From Candidatus Micrarchaeia archaeon (GTDB taxonomy: Archaea > Micrarchaeota > Micrarchaeia > CAILAH01), in assembly GCA_049970015.1 (NCBI GenBank), contig JBMFNT010000022.1, positions 1-13,335 of the forward strand: a stretch of DNA of 13,335 bases. The letters run 5' to 3'. The notes under the pieces were generated by a model. That model had not been told where the DNA came from. It searched no databases and worked only from the letters and a program-made list of their open reading frames with translations. The translations under genes and the position numbers were made by a program. Each line of letters opens with the position of its first letter. Positions within the stretch are counted from its first letter, which is position 1. Of this stretch, positions 8,382 to 13,335 are shown one piece after another.

Positions 8382-9305
8382 ATGTTCTTTAAGGATGTGG
8401 CAAGGATACAGATAAATGGAGAAGTTCTCGGTCTGGACGTTTCTGGAGACATCACGTACATATCTCACGCGCATTCCGATCATATTAATGGGAAAAAGAA
8501 TGGCAAGGTGCTTGCATCCAAACAAACTATTGATATAGCTGGCCTGAACACTAGTGAGGTGGTTCCACTTAGGAATGTACAGCTTTATAACGCAGGCCAT
8601 ATGTTAGGTGCAACACAGATTCAGGTTGTTGGAGATGATGGTGTTTTTGTTTATACTGGTGACATATGCACAGAAGAAGGATTTACGTTTAATGGCGCGG
8701 AAATTCCCGAGTGTGATACATTGTTGATCGAGGCAACGTATGGCTCGAGTGAGTTTCAGTTCCCTAAGAAAGAAGATATTGCACAGCAGATTCGGCGCGA
8801 AGTATTAAGTAGGCTTTATTATGGAAATGTCATATTTGCAGTGTATGCAAAGGGCAAGGCACAGGAGCTTAACAAGATTCTCAATGAGTATTGTGATATC
8901 ACTCCTATAGTAACTGAGGAGATTGCAAAAGTGAATGAGGTTTACTCTAAGTACGGTCAGAGGCTTAGATATGTCAGTTCAAGTTCACCTGATGCGCAAG
9001 ATATGTTTAAAGGTAATTTTGTTGGTATAATACCAAAGTCAATGTTCAGGCCAGAACTGAGGGTTATGCTGTCAAACCATTACAAAAAGATGTGTTTCTT
9101 TGGCTCTCTGAGTGGATGGAATATTAAATTTCCAAATGATTACTATGATATAGCATTGCCGTTCAGTGATCACTCAGATTTTAATGGATTGCTTGAGTAT
9201 GTTGAGTACAGCAACCCAAAGAAAGTCTATGTGTTTGGTCCGTATGCAGAAAACTTCTCAAAGGTTTTAAAATCGCGCGGTTATAGTGCATATCCGGTGA
9301 GATGA
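8382..9305 (+). CDS. Metallo-beta-lactamase-fold beta-CASP-type nuclease (short archaeal form)
   Basis: ISHAHSDH (HxHxDH), NAGHMLGA, YTGD, IEATYG, GKAQE and C-terminal FSDHSDF. No N-terminal KH domains. Confidence 0.88.
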   Translation: MFFKDVARIQINGEVLGLDVSGDITYISHAHSDHINGKKNGKVLASKQTIDIAGLNTSEVVPLRNVQLYNAGHMLGATQIQVVGDDGVFVYTGDICTEEGFTFNGAEIPECDTLLIEATYGSSEFQFPKKEDIAQQIRREVLSRLYYGNVIFAVYAKGKAQELNKILNEYCDITPIVTEEIAKVNEVYSKYGQRLRYVSSSSPDAQDMFKGNFVGIIPKSMFRPELRVMLSNHYKKMCFFGSLSGWNIKFPNDYYDIALPFSDHSDFNGLLEYVEYSNPKKVYVFGPYAENFSKVLKSRGYSAYPVR

Positions 9306-10690
9306 TGGTGGAAGAATTCACAAGAGAAAAATGGCTTGAGATCCGTAAGGTAATACTAGAAAAGATTAAGCCTACTCAGGAAACACATGAGAAATTGTGT
9401 TCAATAGCAAGACACTTTGCAGATGCGCTAAATAAAATATCTCCTACAGAGGTAACAGTAGAACTGATGGGGTCATTTGCAAAAGGCACTTATATCAGGG
9501 ATGATGTTGATTTTGATGTGTTTCTTCTATTTCCACATACGTACCCTGTTGAAAAGATGCAGGAGCTTACATTCGAATGGGGTAAACAGCTTTTGGAGAA
9601 GTGGGAGGTTGCATATGCACAGCACCCATACCTGCGTGGTGAATACAGAGGACATCATGTTGATATTGTACCGAGTTATATGATAAAAGAGGGAGAGGAA
9701 GTAAAAATAAAAACTGCAGTTGACAGAACCCAACTCCACACAAGGTATGTCCTTAAACACATAACTGAAGAACAGAAGGATGATGTACGGATATTGAAAG
9801 TGTTCTTGAAGAGGTTAGGTATATATGGTGCAGAAATAAAAACAGGCGGGTTTTCAGGGTACCTGTGCGAGCTACTCATAATGAAGTATGGCTCTTTTTA
9901 TGATCTTATCTTGGCATCCAGGAACTGGAAGTACCCTGTTGCGATTGATATGAATGGAACACGGAGCGAACGGTTGCTCAGAACATTATTCAAAAACCAG
10001 TCTTTTATAGTGACTGATCCTGTTGATAAGAGGCGCAATGTTGCAGCTCCAGTAAGCACACATTCACTCTCAAAGTTTATCACGGCTGCGCATATATTCT
10101 TTATGAACCCATCGGCAGATAGGTTTTTTGAAACACTTCGTATTATGAATGAATCGGAGGTGCTTGATAGTATAAGGAAGCGTGAGACTTTTTTTGTGCT
10201 TTTTGAGTTTGATGCCCCTGATAGAGTAGCTGATATATTATGGGGCGAGATAAGGAAGACATTGTTAGGGATTGAAACGGCGTTTGACAGTGAAGGGTTT
10301 GATTGCACGCACCAAACTGCAGAAGTGCACAACGGCAAGTGTTATATGTTGTTTGAACTTGTTCACAGTCGTCTGCCACGTGCCAAAATGTTTGAAGGGC
10401 CTTTTGTACGTATGGGTTCTCATATTGAGAAGTTCATAAAAGAGGAAATTGATAACATGGATATTTTTGTTAAGGATGAAAGGATATGTGCAATACGGCC
10501 AAGAAAGTTTAGGATGCCCAATGAGCTTGTTGATGTAATTCAGAAGGATCCACTGCATTATGGTGTTAGTAGAGGATTAGTAAATGGAATAGCAAAAGCA
10601 AAAGTATACTATGGGGAGGATTCTGTTTTTAAGGATAGCTTGTATGTTTACACAAAACACCTGAATAGGAAGTTCTTCTTTGGGTTGTGA
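9302..10690 (+). CDS. cca: Class I (archaeal) CCA-adding tRNA nucleotidyltransferase
   Basis: GSFAKGT..DVDFD (nucleotidyltransferase motif), YAQHPY, VDIVP, AVDRT.LH, GIYGAE..GGFSGYLCEL and DPVD..RNVAA. ATGA overlap with the upstream gene. Confidence 0.97.
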   Translation: MMVEEFTREKWLEIRKVILEKIKPTQETHEKLCSIARHFADALNKISPTEVTVELMGSFAKGTYIRDDVDFDVFLLFPHTYPVEKMQELTFEWGKQLLEKWEVAYAQHPYLRGEYRGHHVDIVPSYMIKEGEEVKIKTAVDRTQLHTRYVLKHITEEQKDDVRILKVFLKRLGIYGAEIKTGGFSGYLCELLIMKYGSFYDLILASRNWKYPVAIDMNGTRSERLLRTLFKNQSFIVTDPVDKRRNVAAPVSTHSLSKFITAAHIFFMNPSADRFFETLRIMNESEVLDSIRKRETFFVLFEFDAPDRVADILWGEIRKTLLGIETAFDSEGFDCTHQTAEVHNGKCYMLFELVHSRLPRAKMFEGPFVRMGSHIEKFIKEEIDNMDIFVKDERICAIRPRKFRMPNELVDVIQKDPLHYGVSRGLVNGIAKAKVYYGEDSVFKDSLYVYTKHLNRKFFFGL

Positions 10691-10698
10691 TTCTTTTT
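10691..10698 (+). terminator. Putative oligo-T archaeal terminator after cca
   Basis: TTCTTTTT follows the TGA stop directly. Confidence 0.35.
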
Positions 10699-10705
10699 AC
10701 CACTA

Positions 10706-10714
10706 TTTTTTAAC
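10706..10714 (+). promoter_or_regulatory. TATA-like box of the tRNA-Ile fragment
   Basis: TTTTAAC at about -34 to -28 from the tRNA 5' G. The other three tRNA genes show TTTAAA/TTAAATA at the same distance. Confidence 0.55.
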
Positions 10715-10741
10715 TTTTACTTATTTTAATGATTGCTAAAT

Positions 10742-10801
10742 GGGCCAGTAGCTTAGCCTGGTGGAGCGCCCGACTGATAATCGGGAGGTCGAGAGTTCAA
10801 A
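10742..10801 (+). tRNA. tRNA-Ile(GAT) 5' portion (positions 1-59), 3' T-stem and acceptor strand missing; split tRNA or pseudogene
   Basis: GGGCCAG TA GCTT AGCCTGGTG GAGC G CCCGA CT GAT AA TCGGG AGGTC GAGAG TTCAAA has intact D and anticodon arms (anticodon 10776-10778). The expected continuation TCTCTCCTGGCCCA was not found in the window by eye. Confidence 0.85.
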
Positions 10802-10856
10802 GGCACCTTTCTTTGGGGCACCTTTCTTCGGGTTGCCTAAGAAAGCTGCACCAAAG
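10802..10856 (+). repeat. 12-bp direct repeat plus inverted arm forming a long imperfect hairpin
   Basis: GGCACCTTTCTT at 10802-10813 and 10817-10828, with complementary arm AAGAAAGCTGCACCAAAG at 10839-10856. Confidence 0.8.
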
Positions 10857-10904
10857 ATTATGTAGTTTTGCAGAGACTATACATTTTACTTGCAATAGAT
10901 TAGA

Positions 10905-11026
10905 TGGGGCTGCCCAGATTTGAACTGGGGTCACCAGCTTTTCTGGATTATACAATCACACATATATATTGTATTCTTATCTAGCCTCCCAAAGCTGGTA
11001 GCATAGCCAGGCTAGCCCACAGCCCC
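10905..11026 (-). tRNA. tRNA-Pro(TGG) with a 48-nt canonical (37/38) intron at 10940-10987
   Basis: GGGGCTG...CCAGC TT TGG G | intron | A GCTGG TGAC CCCAG TTCAAAT CTGGG CAGCCCC A. BHB: central helix TTTG/CAGA flanked by 3-nt bulges GG|A and AA|A. No encoded CCA. Confidence 0.95.
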
Positions 11027-11068
11027 ATAAGTCAAAGAATAAGCAAACAAAATTTAAAAATCGAAGGA

Positions 11069-11266
11069 TTAAAACCTAGAGAACCTTATAATTTCTTTAA
11101 CATTATCTACATGGGTTAGGAACATTCTCCTACAACAGTACCTGCTTATTTTCATTGAATCCAACACATCTTTTGGGTTTTCACCATTCCCTACCCTCTT
11201 TCTGTACTCCTCATACTTGTCTGCAACAACCGCACCGCATGTGAAACATCTTACTGGGAACATCAT
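11069..11266 (-). CDS. rpoN: DNA-directed RNA polymerase subunit N (Rpo10)
   Basis: MMFPVRCFTCG...RYCCRRM. SD GAGGTGG at 11278-11272 supports a start at 11266. Confidence 0.96.
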   Translation of the reverse strand: MMFPVRCFTCGAVVADKYEEYRKRVGNGENPKDVLDSMKISRYCCRRMFLTHVDNVKEIIRFSRF

Positions 11267-11276
11267 ACAAACCACC

Positions 11277-11762
11277 TCACCTGTAGGATTTCTGGAACCT
11301 TGCACGCGCCTTCGGTCCTTTATACTTCTTTGGTTCAACTCTTCTCGAATCTTCTACCACAAGGAACTTATCTGTCTTGTAGAACTTCTCTCTCAACCCC
11401 ATATCATTTGTGTATGCCACCAATGCCCTTGCAATTGCACTCCGTGCAGCCTGTGCTTGCCCCATAACCCCTCCTCCATATACATTTATATCTATATCCA
11501 CACTTTTAACCAGTTTATCATCTGCCAAGCTTAGAGGCTCCATGATGAGTGATTTAACATATTGATTATTAATTGCAGCAATATTCATTCCATTGATCCG
11601 CACAATCCCATTTCCTTTTCTTATGTATGCCCTGCTGACGGCCTCTTTTCTCTTGCTCCTAACAACAACTGGCTCTTTTACTTTAGCTGATGTCTCCTTT
11701 GCTGCCCTTTCCTCTTTTTTCTTCTCATCCCTTCCTTGAGTAATCTTTTTTCTTGCAGCCAT
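11277..11762 (-). CDS. rps9: 30S ribosomal protein uS9
   Basis: KRKEAVSRA...G.G.VRING, V.GGG.MGQA.AAR.AIAR, D.RRVEPKK..GPKARARFQKSYR. Charged N-terminal extension. Confidence 0.97.
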   Translation of the reverse strand: MAARKKITQGRDEKKKEERAAKETSAKVKEPVVVRSKRKEAVSRAYIRKGNGIVRINGMNIAAINNQYVKSLIMEPLSLADDKLVKSVDIDINVYGGGVMGQAQAARSAIARALVAYTNDMGLREKFYKTDKFLVVEDSRRVEPKKYKGPKARARFQKSYR

Positions 11763-11771
11763 CCAACCACC

Positions 11772-12209
11772 TCAACACTTATATGACAATGCCCTGCACA
11801 GCTCAAGCACAGTGATGTATTTACTGAGCTTATCCTTTTTAAATGAATCGTTAAGCTTTACTCTTTCCCCATCTACAGTTTCTTCACCAATGTATGCCCT
11901 GACATTCTTAAGTGCCATCCTTCCAGATGTCTTTCCAACGGGCAGCATCCCTTTTATAACCCTCTTGACCAGCAAGTCAGGTCTCTTTGGCCATTTTGGT
12001 GAATGTTCCGGGTTTGCTTTATTCTTCATATTTCTTCTTTTCACATACTTTGCAACAATGTTTTTTCTATCCCCGCTTATAACCATCTTTTCCGCATTTA
12101 TAATCCTAAAACTTTCCCCCTTCATAGCATGTTTTGCAACATAAGATGCAACCCTGCCAAGTATTAATCCATCACCATCAATAACCTTGACCTTACTCTC
12201 TTTTACCAT
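11772..12209 (-). CDS. rpl13: 50S ribosomal protein uL13
   Basis: IDG.GLILGRVAS.VAK, INAEK.VISG and PKRPD..VKR.IKGMLP. SD GAGGTGAG supports a start at ATG 12209. Confidence 0.96.
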   Translation of the reverse strand: MVKESKVKVIDGDGLILGRVASYVAKHAMKGESFRIINAEKMVISGDRKNIVAKYVKRRNMKNKANPEHSPKWPKRPDLLVKRVIKGMLPVGKTSGRMALKNVRAYIGEETVDGERVKLNDSFKKDKLSKYITVLELCRALSYKC

Positions 12210-12214
12210 TTGTC

Positions 12215-12580
12215 TCACCTCATTATACGTACATTTGTGGCCTTTGGATTCATCTCAATAAGCTTCTCTATACACATCACTTCCCCACCAGCATCCTCAA
12301 CCCTTTTCTTGGCAGTAGGTGTCCAGCAGTATGCAGCGATCCTCAGCTTCCTCTCTATTATTCCATCGCCAAGCAGCTTTCCAGGCACAAGCGCAACTTC
12401 ATTCTCTCCCAAAATTCTTGCAATCTTCCCAACATTAACTACAACACTTCTTCTCCTAGGTAAGGACAACAGCTCTGCAGCATATCTCCACAATGCAACC
12501 TTGTTTCTCTTCCCACTTTTCTCACAAAGCACAATAAGTTTTCTCAGATCTTCTTTTTCAGTACCTTTTCTCATAGACAT
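12215..12580 (-). CDS. rpl18e: 50S ribosomal protein eL18
   Basis: LW..AAE.L..PRRR...VNV.KI, VPGKLLGDG and A..KRVEDAGG. SD AGGTGAG at 12590-12584 supports a start at ATG 12580. Conserved position before rpl13. Confidence 0.95.
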   Translation of the reverse strand: MSMRKGTEKEDLRKLIVLCEKSGKRNKVALWRYAAELLSLPRRRSVVVNVGKIARILGENEVALVPGKLLGDGIIERKLRIAAYCWTPTAKKRVEDAGGEVMCIEKLIEMNPKATNVRIMR

Positions 12581-12650
12581 AAACTCACCTTCGCAACCAG
12601 CCAGCAAAAAGGCCTATTGCTGTCGTGATAGTTAAGTTCAGACCAAAACA

Positions 12651-12657
12651 TTTATAA
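12651..12657 (-). promoter_or_regulatory. TATA box of the rpl18e operon
   Basis: TTATAAA on the minus strand about 70 nt upstream of the ATG, implying a leader of about 45-50 nt. Confidence 0.45.
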
Positions 12658-12694
12658 TAGTATGTATTTCCACCTCACTTACATTACTCAAATA

Positions 12695-12780
12695 TGCAGG
12701 GGGTGAGATTTGAACTCACGCAGGCGCTAAGCCACTAGCCCCTCAAGCTAGCGCATTTGACCAGGCTCTGCCACCCCTGC
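12695..12780 (-). tRNA. tRNA-Leu(GAG), intronless
   Basis: GCAGGGG TG GCAG AGCCTGGTCAAA TGC G CTAGC TT GAG GG GCTAG, long variable arm, then GTGAG TTCAAAT CTCAC CCCCTGC A. No encoded CCA. Confidence 0.96.
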
Positions 12781-12824
12781 ATTATATTCCACAATAGTAA
12801 TCTCTCTTTAAAATAAGTAAGCTT

Positions 12825-13334
12825 TTATTGGTTTTGCGTTTTCAGTATGGGTCGTATATCTTTCTTCGTTGATATTCCTTTTTTCAAGTTTTCTTCCTCC
12901 CGTCTCACAAATGCTTCATATACCTCGTCTAGGTCCTTGTTTATTGCGGAATTAAAAACATCTCTTACAGACTTTTCCATCTTACGTGTACTGTCGCATA
13001 GAGAATCTTTTTTTCTGTAAGCAATGATCCCATCATAAATGCTGATAAAATGCACATACTTCTTTCCATCCTTTATGCATAATATATCATATTTTCCCGT
13101 GTCATATACCTCCCATTTTGCATTCTTTGCATTCTTAACTATTCCATAGCCGCCATTTGAAATAAGACTTACCTTGTCCCCTGCCATGAATGCTTCCACC
13201 TTTCCTTGCAATGTCATTATGTATGCATGTCTTTCCGAAATAAGCGCTTTTATTATTCTATCTCCTTTTCTTAATGCCATATATATTGGAACATGAATGT
13301 TCAACTGCTTCTTTCCGATATACCCATCTCCAAA
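12825..13334 (-). CDS. Hypothetical protein, 5'-truncated by the window edge
   Basis: The frame stays open upstream of the TTG at 13304 to the edge (...FGDGYIGKKQLNIH...). No family recognised. Confidence 0.65.
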   Translation of the reverse strand, partial: FGDGYIGKKQLNIHVPIYMALRKGDRIIKALISERHAYIMTLQGKVEAFMAGDKVSLISNGGYGIVKNAKNAKWEVYDTGKYDILCIKDGKKYVHFISIYDGIIAYRKKDSLCDSTRKMEKSVRDVFNSAINKDLDEVYEAFVRREEENLKKGISTKKDIRPILKTQNQ

Positions 13335-13335
13335 C

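Noticed and set aside
8331..8600. 90-aa N-terminal extension of Trm1 in the ORF track
   Set aside because: It overlaps the divergent nuclease gene, and Trm1 similarity begins at MTGYIKEG (8330).
10807..10839. Degenerate in-cis 3' end for tRNA-Ile (CTTTC or TTCTT pairing with GAGAG)
   Set aside because: A T-stem can be drawn with G-U pairs, but the following bases (TTTGGGG, CGGGTTG) cannot form an acceptor stem with GGGCCAG.
10870..10882. GCAGAGACTATAC resembles the group I intron R (P7) element
   Set aside because: No downstream S element, too little space for a ribozyme core and no 3' exon.
10729..10923. 64-aa ORF
   Set aside because: It runs through the tRNA-Ile fragment and into antisense tRNA-Pro, and has no coding features.
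13317..13334. FGDGYI resembles a LAGLIDADG motif
   Set aside because: Only six residues are visible at the edge, and the downstream sequence shows no recognisable homing-endonuclease pattern.

Overview
Compact archaeal housekeeping region. Gene style and order are compatible with a small-genome, DPANN/Micrarchaeota-like archaeon, but that is inference only. Proteins: NSUN/RsmB-NOP m5C RNA methyltransferase plus a small PUA-like partner, GGGP synthase, YjbQ, Elp3, membrane-bound LonB, TFB, Trm1, a beta-CASP/MBL nuclease coupled to the CCA-adding enzyme, the rpl18e-rpl13-rps9-rpoN operon and a partial orphan ORF. There are four tRNA loci and only tRNA-Leu(GAG) is uninterrupted. tRNA-Pro(TGG) has a canonical 48-nt BHB intron. 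tRNA-Val(CAC) is interrupted at the anticodon loop by a structured insert of at least 76-77 nt made of tandem 43-nt hairpin units that runs off the window. The most unusual locus is a tRNA-Ile(GAT) gene with a correctly spaced TATA-like box that is intact up to the T-loop (position 59/60) and then stops. Its 3' T-stem and acceptor strand are not in the window and are replaced by a duplicated, two-fold hairpin trailer. It is a candidate T-loop-split (trans-spliced) tRNA, although a rearrangement scar or misassembly cannot be excluded.
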